Shown here piece after piece: positions 49,096 through 61,860 of a stretch of DNA of 64,000 nucleotides; within the stretch, counting starts at the first letter, position 1; every line of letters begins with the position of its first letter. Below the pieces are notes generated by a model. The model worked only from the letters and a program-made list of their open reading frames with translations, did not search any database and was not told the DNA's origin. This stretch comes from Octopus sinensis (taxonomy: Eukaryota), in NCBI RefSeq assembly GCF_006345805.1, contig NC_042998.1, positions 205,964,001 to 206,028,000 of the forward strand. Direction: 5' to 3'. The translations under genes and the position numbers were made by a program.

Positions 49096-50197
49096 AAAGA
49101 GTCAAATTCCAACTCAAATTTTACATCTGAAAAAGAAGCTTTCAAATTAATTCAAAGAATGAATAATTTGAAATGTAAATTCCGTTGGATAAAAAACAAA
49201 CTCATTCATCTCTGAAACTAAATCTGAGTAATTTACATCGAAGAGCCTGAGAACTTCAACCAAAGTCAAAAAAAGAACAAATTTAGAAGTGAACTAACTT
49301 TTACTGCGTTGTTTTTCAATACAATTAGTGAAGTTACATTAAATGTTGAATATCACCATCTCAGTGAATAAACTTGTTGCACATAAACAGTCATACACAC
49401 ACGCACGCACGCATGCACACACACACACACACAATGTGTGCAGATGCAGACCGTATTCACTTCATTAGCAGTATTTCATGTTAAAATGTGACAAGCTCAT
49501 TATGAGCAGTTGAAACTGGAATTAGCAGTCAATATCTGATGTATTCTAGAATGTTCCAGCCAGTAGGTTACATGGAGTCATATAAAACAACCTTAATTAT
49601 TTAAATTTTTAGATTTCAGTTGTGCTTTATACAATCTCAACATGTCACAAAAAAAAAGAAGAGAAAATGAAACAAAGCCATAGATTTATGATGATATGAC
49701 ATTTATTCATTTCCTGAAGAAAACATTAATGTAAGTGAAGAAAATTGACTTTCACTGTGATTTGGAATGGTAAAATAGACATATTGCAAGTTTATTCCTG
49801 TCAATGGCATTATGACCAGAGAGTGACAGACATAGCTGTGTGGTTAACAAATTTATTTTGTAATCACATGGTACTGGGTTTGTCATCAACCATAATATTG
49901 GGTGATGAATACCTCATGAATGAATTTTGGTAAAAGGAAACTGTGCAGAAGGCTGTCATGTGTGTGTGTGTGTGTGTGTATGTACACAAACACACATATA
50001 CTCATCAGCATTCTTTTTACATCCATTCTTATTGCACTGGTCCTCACATGTGGTCACTCAACTAAGATATCTTTATTTACAGGAGAGTGTAAACAATGGT
50101 ACTTTTACTCAAACAATATTTAAAAAAAACACAAAAAATTAAGTCACACACATGTATATGTAAGTATGTATAAAAAGAACACAAATGGGGTTTAAGA

Positions 50198-50276
50198 TTT
50201 ACTACAGCTGTTTTGGTAGCATTTCGTTGATGCTTCATAAATTACAAATTGCATAAAGCCACCATCCTCAGATAAA
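50198..50276 (-). ncRNA. Degenerate minimal type-I hammerhead ribozyme motif (Penelope-type), G12 mutated
   Basis: Minus strand: TTTAT-CTGAGGA-T-GGTGGC-(loop)-GCTACC-AAAAC-AGCT-GT-A-GTAAA. Stems I, II and palindromic III can all form; GAAAC reads AAAAC. Confidence 0.55.
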
Positions 50277-50550
50277 ATTTTAAACATATAAACAGGCAAG
50301 GTAAAACCCTGGTAATGACCTATTAAGGATTTAACATGAAGAATAAGTGATATTTAAAAAAAGAACAATCAGAGTTTATAGAGAGATTGGAGAAGTAAAT
50401 AGACATTTTAGGAGCAAAGAGGTCACCAACAAATGACACCTAATGTTTGTTTTATTCACTGTGAACGCAATGTTATGGTATCCAAACAGTCTTGGCATCC
50501 TATGTGTTGATGCACCTAGATTATAATGAATCCTGTAGCTAATCAGTATG

Positions 50551-50658
<108 letters not shown>

Positions 50659-51788
50659 AGTAAGTAGGAAGGCAGACAAATCACAAATCCCTTCAGGTAG
50701 ATGGCCCTGCTCGATTTGTAGAAAAGGCATAGGTACAAACTCCATAAGATGTACCTGGTGTAAGCTATGGACACGTAAGAGGTGCAGCAACAATCAGAGG
50801 AAGGTTATAGCATGTGTGGAAGGTGCACAGGTACAATTAACACTGAAAATGTACAGGAAATAGACTCCATCAAATGCCAGTGGGGTAAGCTAGAGGTAGT
50901 AGATAGATTCTGTTATCTAGGTGACCCAGTTAGTAGTGGAGGTAGATGCTCTGAGAGCGTAGCTGTGAGAATAAGAATAGCCTGGACAAAGTTCAGAGAG
51001 CTCCTACCTCTGCTGGTAGCAAAGGCCTCTCACTCAGAGTGAAAGGTAGATTGTGTGATGCCTGTGTGTGAACAGCCATGCTACACAGCAGTGAAACCTG
51101 GGCTGTGATAGCCGAGGACATGTGTAAGCTTGAAAGAAATGGAGCCAGTATGCTTTGCTGGATGTGCAATGTCAGTGTGCGTGTACGAGAGTGTAAGCAT
51201 CTTGAGAGAAAGGTTGGGCATAAGAGGCATCAGATGTGGTGTGCAAGAGAGATGACTGCACTGGTATGGTCATGTGATACATATGGACAAGGACAGCTGT
51301 GTAAAGAAGAGCCAATCTTTAACTGTGGAGGGAACCTGTGGGCAGAGGTAGACCCAGGAAGATATGAGATGAGGTGGTGAAGCATGATCTTTGAACTTTG
51401 GGCCTCACAGAAGCAATGACTAGTGACCAAGACTTTTGGCAATATGCTGTGCTTGAGAAGACCTGCCAAATTAAGTGAAATCATAGTCGTGGCCGATGCT
51501 GGTGTCACATAACTGACACCCATGCTGGTGGCACATAAAAAGCACCTTTCAAGTGTTGGACCTCACAAAGTCAAGGTGGCATGTAAAAAGCACCTTTCGA
51601 ATGTTGGGCATTGCAGAGGCAATGATGAATGACTGAGACCCTTGGTATTATGCTGTGCTTGAGAAGAAGACCCATGAAGCCAAATAAAATTGCAGTCATG
51701 GCAGATACTGGTGTCATGCAAATGGCACACATGCCAGTGGCACGTAAAAGCACCCATTAGACTCTCAGGGTGGTTGGCATTAGGAAGG
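50659..51788 (+). mobile_element. 5'-truncated RTE-clade LINE starting next to (TA)n, 3' tail lost
   Basis: RWPCSICRKG, FCYLGD, AWTKFRELL, MLHSSETW; UTR with duplicated ORF terminus; ends at ggcattaggaagg. Confidence 0.88.
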
Positions 51789-51849
51789 TTATTAAAATAT
51801 TTTTTGCACTTTAAAAAATTCATTTTTTTTTTATTATTAATTAATAATT

Positions 51850-52390
51850 AGAAATTTGAAAATAGGGTATAAAAGATAATACTAGTATATAATCAGTCAG
51901 TACAACAAATAGAATAATACAAAAATTAGTTATATATTATAGTAAAATCTTCCTATAACAACAATTTCACAGTAAAATTTGCTTGAGTTATTGCCAAATC
52001 TTCACATTTTTAGTCTTGACCCTATTTTTTAAATAATGAATTTGCCTACCATATATACTATTCTACTTTGCATAAAACTTTAGCTATATTCGTACTTCTG
52101 GCTCTCATCTTTTAAGCATTCTAGTGTCAATATTTTAACTTGTCCTCTAATTTTCCAGGTTTATAACCTTAAGAATATTATTTCTCTTGCTTGCATTTTT
52201 CCATATAATCCATGTTTTTTCCAGGCCAAGCTATTATACTAATTAACAATGTGTCAAATGTGTCAATTAGTGGTGTTGTTGATAATTTTTTCCTTACCTC
52301 AATGACGCTGGTAACATATATTAAAAGTCCCCTTATAGAACTATATTCATAAAAAAGTATAGAACTATATTGTCACCCACAAATTTGAAA
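51850..52390 (-). mobile_element. Possible very old L1/Tx1-like C-terminal relic
   Basis: Minus-strand words QICG*..LFYE..IRGLL and WIIWKN are reminiscent of the L1/Tx1 CCHC region; weak. Confidence 0.25.
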
Positions 52391-53356
52391 AACAAACACT
52401 CATAACCTTTTCCTTTTAAAACCTCATTGCATGAGATTGATACCATGAAATTCCTCGAATTGAGCTCTATCATTTAAGCTTAAGTTTGTTTTTAAAATAA
52501 AAAAAGTAAATTATACTTAAATCCAATTTTTTGCCTTACTTATGTATTTTTTCATGATATCTTGCTTCACAACTTTTTTGATACAAATTTTTGTTGCATG
52601 AGAACAAAACTATGAAATTCTTCATGCTTTTTTCTGTCATTGAAGCTAAGATAAATATATTTTGCTTTTAAAATAAAAAAGTTATTTAGATCTAAACTTG
52701 ATTGGTGATGTTACTTACTCTCCTAGGATCAAATCTCAATTTTTTATGCCAAAATGTAGCTAGGGACCAGTCCTCTTCAACAATGTTAACAGCTTTCAAT
52801 TTGGTTAAGAACTGAATTAGCAACAAGCTCTGAAAGATGCTGCACGTGAGTAACTTCCGGCTTTAAGAATATTATTCAACTCCTACTTTAGTAGTTGGAT
52901 GATACACATCAGATGGCAAGCTTCTGGATTGTTTTCATCAACCATTTCTATTCACAAGACATTGGTCAGCTTGAGGCTATTTTAGACAACACATTCCTAA
53001 TAAGGCATGAAGTAGGACCAAACCTAAAGCCACATGATTAACCCCCACAACCCCACAACCATGTGTGCGTGTACACACACACACATCATTCATTCATTTT
53101 ACACTTATTTTTCTATTCTAACATGGGTCATATATATCAATATATTACTGAGGCATTTTACAGTCAGTGATGTCCTTTCTAAATGTTTTTCAAAAGCACA
53201 GAGCTAGCAAGCAATTTGTTGGCAGGAAATTATCTTCAAAGATCCCTGTTTGTTGTAGCTCAATGCTATTTCCAGGTGAGCATGGGAGATAATATTAACA
53301 CAAACACACAAGTGTGCACACACATACATATATACAAACATACATTATATAGGAAG

Positions 53357-53502
53357 GGCGTAGGAAGGGCATCCAGCCGTAGAAACACTGCCAGATCTGA
53401 CTGGGCCTGGTGCAGCCTTCCGGCTTCACAGACCCCAGTTGAACCGTCCAACCCATGCTAGCATGGAAAACGGACGCTAAACGATGATGATGATGATGAT
53501 GA
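53357..53502 (+). mobile_element. RTE tail (~145 bp)
   Basis: ggcgtaggaagggcatccagccgtag...ccatgctagcatgg..gatgatgat. Confidence 0.85.
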
Positions 53503-53511
53503 TATATATAT

Positions 53512-53900
53512 AGGCAGAGGGATGGCGGTTTTGTACGATGTTTGCTTCCCAGCCACATAGTTCCAAGTTCAGTCCCACTGCATGTCACCTCGGACAAATG
53601 TTTTCTACTATAGCCTTGAACCAACCAACATCTTGTGAATGGGTTTGGTAGACAGAAACTGAAAGAAGCCTACTGTATAAACCATGTGTGTGTGTGTTTG
53701 TTCCCCACCACCACTTGACAACTGGTGTTGGTGTGTTTATATCCCCATAACTTAGCAGTTTGGCAAAAGAGATTGGTAGAATAAGTACCAGGCTTAAAAA
53801 ATAAGTACTGGGCTTGATTCGTTCAATTAAAATTCTTCAAGGTGGTGCCCCAGCATGGCCACAGTCTAATGACTGAAACAAGTAAAAGAATAAAAGAATA
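53512..53900 (+). mobile_element. tRNA-derived SINE, family 2, near full length
   Basis: ggcagagggatggc..tttgcttcccagccacatagttccaagttcagtccc (A/B-box-like), central (TG)n, tail gactgaaacaagtaaaagaataaaagaata. Confidence 0.8.
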
Positions 53901-54423
53901 AATAAATAAGCTACAAGTAAAACTTCTGAGCTGTCAGAAATTATTCGAAGCGAAACCTAAACAACTGGAACTTAACATTGAAATAGCTTTGTAAATAATT
54001 AATGTATTTTGGAAAGCAAGTTTATATTACTTTTACTATCCAGTTTAATCTTTTATCTTCAAATTTGAAATGATTTTAGCAAATTTTACCCTATCATATT
54101 TTTACAAGATTTAATTAGTTTCCAGAATGCTGACAGATTCATGTGACTGTAATATAGGAAACATTAAAGTCAGAAGTTGGAGGAATGGCTTTGTGTGTAA
54201 CGGTGGTGGGGGCAGATTTGGCATAATGACCTTATAGAGAGAACAGAGAAAATTGTATACAAGATACTCAAATTAACTGGAATAAAAATAGACTGGAGGG
54301 GATATACAGAGACATACAGAATACAGACAATTGTCATGAAATATAGAATGGCAAATGTGAAGACAATATTTCGCAGAATAAGGCAAATTTTTCAGAGTAA
54401 AACTGACACACTAACACCTGTTT

Positions 54424-54469
<46 letters not shown>

Positions 54470-56689
54470 ATTGTTATATTTATATGATAAATTTTTGTCC
54501 AGTAATGTCTGCTACAATCAAATTCTATCATCTTTGTGTTGAGTAATAAAATGAACACAACTCGTCTAAGCAAGCAGAAATGTAAGTTTAATGAGATGAC
54601 AAAGAAATAGTATTACGTCTACATCGTCAACTGCGGTGTTTTTAAGATTGGTGCAGCAGACTAAAGCAAATTGTCTCTCACTGAATTATTATTGATTTGG
54701 TCGACTAGTAACAACAGGAACCAGATTAACAGTAGCAGAGAATAATATTTCTGTGCCGATTGGTTAGTTGAAGTATGTTCCCAATTATCATGAAAGAGAG
54801 GTAGAACTGGTGAAAGAGGCTACGTTATGGGCAAGGAAGACATAACAGTAGCCATAGTGCATCTGTAGTCAATTTAACACTACTTGTGGTCAAAATGTCA
54901 ACACTTAGCATCAGTGAGTCACTACTATCAGCCCAAGTAGTTGATTACTACACTGAACATTCACTAAACTGAAGCATGTAGGTGAGGTGATGGGGAGTGA
55001 GGGGGTGCCGGTTTAGGAAAGTGAAAAGTAGGAGTGAAAATGCCAGAAAGGTGGGGCAGGGGGGAAAAAAGGGAGAAAAATCAGGGTGGATAAGAGAGTA
55101 GTGTTGTAAGATAATATGTTAAAAGCTTAACTCAGAAATGTGTAGAGCTAAACATGGTAGGAAGAAATAAAGTAAGAGAATGCCAATCAAAGTAAATAGT
55201 CTTTAGAGCAGCTGGAGAAATATAAAAAGAAAGATAAAAACAAAATGAAAAACAAGAGTTGAAGAATTTACAGAGATGGTTCTACTATTTACAGACTTCT
55301 AAACTGGAAATGGCATCTTATTTCGTGAAGCTAATTTATAATGTAAAATGATGACTGGGTTGATTGAATCCCAGATAACAGGCCAAGTGGTCAGCAATTC
55401 CTTTCTTGTAATTTTTTTTTAATAAGATGGTCAAGGAACAAGGGGCAGTGGTCACCATGTCACAATGTCCAGTCTGAATATTTGCAGATTATGGAGGACG
55501 GAATTAGGAATCTGGTCAGGTGGTGATGGTAGTATAAGAGATAACAGCTTAGGTTTGTTATATATTACTAAGAGCACATAAGGACTAGGCGGTGATGGTG
55601 GTGTTGGAGATAGTGGAGGTGGTGTTACACTGGTCAATAAGTTGTACATTAGTGTCACATAAGGACCAGATGGTAGAGTTAAATAGTATATTAGACACAT
55701 AGTATGTAACTTAGGCACTTCACTCTCAACTTAACTACAATTAGGTAATACACAATAAGAAGCACTCTCTACAGAAAATGGTAAAATTAACAAGTATTTC
55801 GAAAACTAGTGGTACTGAGTTCAACTCCAGTGACTATGGTTTAGAAAGGGATGTTCTCTGTGGAGGGGATTTCCATTTTTGATCAGTAAAAAGGGGCTGT
55901 ATCCAGCTCTTCACAGATTCTTCAAGACTGGAGAAATTAACACAATTAATGGTCCACTAGAATAATTTGCAAGTTGATGGATGCAATAAAAACATGTCAT
56001 CAAGGGTAACTCTCCATGTGTTAAGTCCTCACCAGCAAATTGATCATCGGGAGGTCACTAGATGGTTGCCTTCAAAGAAACTAACATTGCAGAAAGTGGT
56101 GAGTGACAGGAACACTGGATGATGTATATACATTACAATGTTTGGGGGGACACAAGACCCAAAAATAACATCAACCTCAATAGAAGCATCTTCCAACAGA
56201 TTTGCTCAATCAGAATTGACATCAATCTAAACGACAACAAATACAATTTAGCTTATTGTGTGTGTGTGTGTGTGTTGTGTGTGTGTGTGTGTGTGTGTGT
56301 GTGTCTGTGTGTCTGTGTGTGTATGTGTTGGCTGTATAATTTGTGTATAAACATCAAAGGATAGATCCACAGTAATTGAGAGCTCAATTAATAACAATTC
56401 ATTAAACATTTAACATTGCATTAAAATCCAGTGGAAGACAAATGCATATATATATATATATATATATACATACAATACATACATTGTTGGTTAAAATGAA
56501 ATGATCCTTAAGAGCAACTCCTATTTACAATAAAAAGGAGAAAAGCATAAATTTCAAAGATAGATCATACTCTGATTGGGTTCAACAGTTGTGCTGTGTA
56601 GATAAACACCACCAAAGGTATAATTACACACACACACACACACACACACCATCATACAAGCATACACTCTTCCATGAAAAATATCTAGC

Positions 56690-56935
56690 CATGGGGAAAT
56701 ATTACTTTACTTGGAAACAAGTGACGGTTGGCAACAGAAAGAGCATCCAGTCGTAGAAAATCTGTTTCAATCCGCCTGACCCATATAAACATGGAAAAAT
56801 GGATGTTAAAACAATGATGATGATATCATCACTTTAACATTTCCATGCTTTCATGGGTCAGGCAGAATTTGTAGAGGCAGATTTTTGATAGCCAGATGCT
56901 CTTCCCATTTCTAAATAAGGTAATAAATTTCCCGT
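56690..56935. mobile_element. Two old RTE-type tails, tail-to-tail (inverted)
   Basis: gagcatccagtcgtag...gatgatgat followed by atcatcactttaac...ccagatgctcttcc. Confidence 0.65.
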
Positions 56936-57211
56936 AGTTGGAGATGATTTCACAGAAGACCAGAAATGAAGGGTACTGTCTAGATGCTGGTTATACTCAT
57001 TTACAACTATCACATTACATCAAAAGAAAAGACACACATATGTATGCACGCACACACACTTCTTTCAGTTTCTGTCTTGCAAATCTACTGAAGAGCTTTA
57101 GTCAGCTAAGGGTTTGCTTGTCCAAGATGTCACACAATAACACTGAACCCCAAAACCTCATGTTTGGGAAACGAAATTCTTAACCATACAGCCATTTTAT
57201 ATGTGTGTGTG

Positions 57212-57460
57212 TGCACGTTAAAAGCACTATCTGAATGTGATCGATGCCAGGCCTGCCTGACTGGCTCCCCTATGGCTGGTGGCACATAAAAAGCACCCAC
57301 TACACTCCTGGAGTGGTTGGCATTACGAAGGGCACCCAGATGTAGAAACATTGCCGGATCAGATTGGAGCCTGGTGCAACAGCTGGCTCTCCAGACCTCA
57401 GTCAAACTGTCCAACCCATACCAGCATGGAAAGTGGACGTTAAATGACGATGATGATGAT
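57212..57460 (+). mobile_element. RTE tail
   Basis: Family motifs and (GAT)n. Confidence 0.8.
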
Positions 57461-58494
57461 ACATACTTACTAAGCTAGCCACATACAGGCATATGTATAT
57501 ACATACATATATTTATACAATGGGTTTCTTTTCTTTAGCTACCAACCAAATTCACTCACAAGGCTTCAGTTGAGCCAAGGCTAGAGCAGAAGAAGACATT
57601 TATTCAAGTTGCTGCACAATGGGACTGAATCCCAAATGTGTGTGTGTGTGTGTGTGTGTGTACAGAGAGAGAATGTTCTGATAAACTTGTTAGGTTAAAG
57701 TGATGTAATGCATAGTAATAGAGTGGATGATGATGATGATGACAGCCACCATGAGCATTATTTACCACCATCATTCGCCAGTACCACTACTCTCTCCTCT
57801 ATGATGGAGTGAGTAAAGATTTATACATAGAAAGTGGGTGCTGTCATTTTGTGCAGTTAATAAACATTTGTTTTCTTAATGTTTTTATCAGTAACCCATG
57901 AATTAATAGATCACAGAAAGAAATAAAGGAGAAGAATGAGATGAAATATAAATGGAAATGGAAATCCTTCAGTTTCCTGAAAATTCTACATTTTGGAAAT
58001 TTGTTCCATTATATTTTGTTTGAGTTGTTTGTGATAGAATAAATTGAAGTCAGATAAAAGAGGAAAACTAAATCTTTTAACAGGGTCATAAAAATGATTG
58101 CTTCACTAAATCTTAGAGCAGTTTAAAGATGAAAAAATTATTCCTGTCAAGAATTACAAGAATCCATAAAAACCAGTCTTTGATTCTGGGTTTCTGCAGT
58201 ATTAAGTGGTTGAGATTAGATTCCTTCTCTGGCATAAGTCTTTTGCTGGTAATTCATCCAGAAAAAAAAAATGCTTTTGTACCAATTTTCTTTTGCTGAG
58301 CTGACATAATGCAGAATTAAGTGTGCTCATGTCTACAGTAGACTTAAAGTGACGACCAGTAAAGCTAATGGTGAAGTTATTTAACATTCAGGGAATTTGG
58401 TTTCAATCTAGTTCCAAAACACCATTCAAAAATATATATAAAAATGAAATCTAAGCTACAAAAAGGCTGAAGCTGATTCCACTGAATTTGACAG

Positions 58495-58792
58495 AGCGTG
58501 GTTGTTGCCAGTGTCACCTGACTGGCTCCTGTGCCGGTGGAACGTGAAAAACACCATTTGAGTGTGGTCAATATCAGTGCCACCTGACTAGCCCCCATGT
58601 CAATGGCATGTAAAAAGCACCCACTACACTCTCAGAGTGGTTGGCGTTAGGAAGGGCATCCAGCTGTAGAAACCTTGCCGGATCAGAGTGGAGTCTAATG
58701 CAGCCTCCTGGCTTGCCAGTCCACAGTCAAACCATCCAACCCATGCCAGCATGGAAAGCAGACGTTAAACAATGATGATGATGATGATGATA
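58495..58792 (+). mobile_element. RTE tail
   Basis: Family motifs and (GAT)n. Confidence 0.8.
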
Positions 58793-58919
58793 ATATTAGG
58801 GTTGTTGTGGTTTTTCAGCCCTTTTGTTACCAAATATCTGCTGGAATACACTGCCTTTGTTTCAATTAATTAAAAAAAAAAAAGAATTTGATATTTCTTA
58901 TCCAAGGTTTTTGTGTTTA

Positions 58920-59300
58920 TCATCTATCTTTTGCTTGTTTTAGTCAATAGGCTGCGGTCATGCTGGAGCACTACCCTGAGCAATTTTAGTTGCAAGAATC
59001 AACCTCAATATTTATTATTTTTAAGCCCAGTACTTGTTCTATCAGTCTCTTTTGCCAAACTGCTAAGTTATAAGGATGTAAACATACCAACACCAGTTGT
59101 CAAGCAGTGGTGGAGGACAAACATAAACGCAAACACACACACACACACATATATATATACGATGGGCTTCTTTCAGTTTCTTTCTACCAAATCCACTCAC
59201 AAGGCTTTGGTTGGCCTGAGACTACAGTAAACACTTGCTGAAGGTGCCATGCAGTGAGAGTGAACCCAGAACTGTGCAGTTGTGAAGCAAACTTCTTACC
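58920..59300 (-). mobile_element. tRNA-derived SINE, family 2, near full length
   Basis: Reverse complement of 53512-53900. Confidence 0.8.
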
Positions 59301-59699
59301 ACACAACCACGTCTGCACCTAAATGTAAAATGCTGGGTTCTAGGATCGAACCCAAGAACCCAGGATTACAAGGCAAACATTTTAACCAGTCGGTGATGCT
59401 GATTTCCCAATTTCTTTTATGGAGATGTGAATGTTTACTGAACTAACTGTTGTTGTTGTTGTTGTTGTAATGCATTTGAAGGCAGCAAACTGGCAGAACT
59501 GTTTGCATGCCAAGCAAAAAGCTTAGCAGCATTTTGTCTGTCTTAATGTCCAAAGTTGAAATTTCGCTGTAGAAGATTTTGCCTTTCATCCTTTGGGGGT
59601 CAATAAAAAAAATATCAGTTGAACACTGGGGTCAATGTACTCCTGCAAAATTGCTGGCTTTGTGTCAAAATTTATAATCATTATTATTATTATTGTTAT

Positions 59700-60470
59700 T
59701 GATTTGAGTCAGGCCTGTTCTTATTCCTGGTAGAATTTATGTGGGTAGTGGGTTACTACCTGGAACCTTAGGTATCCACAAGCTTTTAGCTGTCTTTCAA
59801 GCGCTTAAATCCCTCCTAATAATCTTTCCTGTCCCTAAGAGGCAAACTTTCTGTAGAAACTCTATAGAACATCTATTCCAATCTCTATCAACCATTTGTC
59901 TATATCTTTGCTCACAGTTCCCAAAGCACCAATTATTACAGGCACAACCTTTACAGTTTTCATACTCCAAATTCTTATCATTTCAAATTTTAAGGGATTT
60001 TATTATTGTTATTGTTGGTGGTGGAGGTGGTGGTCATGGTGTTTTACTTCTCAGAGTGCCTGGTCTTGTTTGCTCTGGTTGATTCTATGAGAGTGGACAG
60101 CAGCCTGTTGTCAGAGATCTCACAGGGTATCTTTCTACATATTATAAACTTTGATAGTTGTTAATTATCGTGGGAGATATTCAACATCCAGGTACCAATC
60201 TCAAAATCCTAACTGTCCCCACCAGTTTCTTGGTCTGGCTCTGCTCTCATGTCAATTCCAATTTCTCTGACATATTTCTCAAACTTGGTTGTTAGTGCAC
60301 TGAATGCACCCACAATACTGGGATAGCAGTTACTCTCCTCATTGCTCACATTCTTGCAATTTCATCTTTTAGTAGTCTGTAGTTTTCAATCTTTTCTAGT
60401 TCGTTGTCACTTATGCATGCGTCCCCAGGTATTACAATATCTATAACCTTGGTTTCCTTTTTTCCTCAAT
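59700..60470 (-). mobile_element. R4/Dong-clade 3' fragments separated by simple repeats
   Basis: VVPVIIGALGT, LQKVCLLGTGKIIR, IDIVIPGD..LEKIENYRLLKDEIARM; sense strand ends in (TAA)n at 59680-59700. Confidence 0.7.
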
Positions 60471-60483
60471 CTAATTATTATTA

Positions 60484-60924
60484 TTGAGTGAGAGAGCAGT
60501 GTATGCCATCAAAATAACATTGGGGTAAAATATACAAAGCCCAGTATACCCAACATGACTACCCATTTGATAAGGGTACACCAGGCACATGCATCACAAC
60601 CATATGTGCACGACATGGTAATCTCATATCAAGATAAACAGTGCATGATCTTGCAGGTGGAGCCCAGTTAGAATTTTCTTCAACATATGGCTATGATGTT
60701 CATCCACAACTCCTGCTCATGATCAGAGATGTACATATTGTCAGCCACCAAAGGACAAGCTCAAATCATTAAGGTTAAACAGCTGACAAGCAAATCTGTG
60801 GTATTGAGCAAAATATTTGCTGTAGTCCATCTTTTATACCAAGACAAGACATGTACATAATAACACTTCTAATCAGTTAAGATTAGAAACTATGAGAGTT
60901 AGTGCCTGGTACTGCATCAGGGCA
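60484..60924 (+). mobile_element. Unclassified ~550-bp element, internally deleted copy between (ATT)n tracts
   Basis: tgagtgagagagcagt...catcagggca; ~120-bp deletion relative to the 61215 copy. Confidence 0.85.
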
Positions 60925-60949
60925 TAAATTATTATTATTATTATTATTA

Positions 60950-61180
60950 TCTTCTCTTTATCACATGTTTTGTTGGAGCTCCTGGGGTTTTGCATGTGCA
61001 ACAGGCTAACTACCTGCAGCCTACAGTACCATGCTGTTTGTTATTTTCAGCTATCTAATACTTTCCTGTTTATTCTGGCTGTGTCAAGGAGGCAAACCTT
61101 TTGTAATAGTTCTACTGGGCACTCTATTCCAATTTCTTTTATATTCCTCTTGGTGCCTTCTGATAATGTTCCCAAGGACA
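60950..61180 (-). mobile_element. R4/Dong-type 3' fragment
   Basis: VLGNIIRR..GIECPVELLQKVCLLDTARI; flanked by (ATT)n. Confidence 0.55.
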
Positions 61181-61182
61181 TA

Positions 61183-61214
<32 letters not shown>

Positions 61215-61216
<2 letters not shown>

Positions 61217-61822
61217 GAGTGAGAGAGCAGTTCATGCCATCAAAGTGACACTGGGGTAAAATATACGAAGCCCAATATACCCATCATGACTACCCGTCTG
61301 ATAAAGGTACACCAGGCACCTGCATCACAACCATATGTGCGCGACATGGTGATCTCATATCAAGATAAACAGCACATGACCTTGCAGGTGGGGCCCAGTT
61401 AGAATTTTCTTCAGGTTGAGTAGCCCATCCCGCTCAAACGGTCCCTGAATAAGGGTTGTTTAAGGATGTTGAATGAAGCACCCATGTTTCCAGAGGTGAA
61501 CTATTCAAACCCCAAAGAATCCCTCTCAACACATGGCTATGATGCTCCCCCACTACTTCTGCTCGTGATCAGAGATGCACATATCGTCAGCCACTAAGGG
61601 ACATGCTCAACTGGTTATGGTCAAACAACTGACAAGCAAATCTGCGGTATTGAGCAGAATATTTGCTGTAGCCCATCTTTTATACCAAGACAAAACAATG
61701 TACATGATAACACTTCCAATCAGTTAAGATCAGAAGCCATGAGAGCCACTGCCTGGTACAGCATCAGGGCATTGCTCCCCCACTACTTCTGCTCGTGATC
61801 AGAGATGCACATATCGTCAGCC
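61215..61822 (+). mobile_element. Unclassified ~550-bp element, full-length, with a 50-bp internal segment re-copied at its end
   Basis: tgagtgagagagcag...gcatcagggcatt, then gctcccccactac...gtcagcc (duplicate of about 61544-61592), then (TTA)n. Confidence 0.88.

Positions 61823-61857
<35 letters not shown>

Positions 61858-61860
<3 letters not shown>

Noticed and set aside
53512-53590. tRNA gene
   Set aside because: A/B-box-like motifs belong to SINE heads; no intact cloverleaf.
61215-61770. Degraded gypsy integrase within the 550-bp element
   Set aside because: Only faint word resemblances (RHG, LEFSS..HP) with many stops in all three plus-strand frames; not supportable without a profile search.
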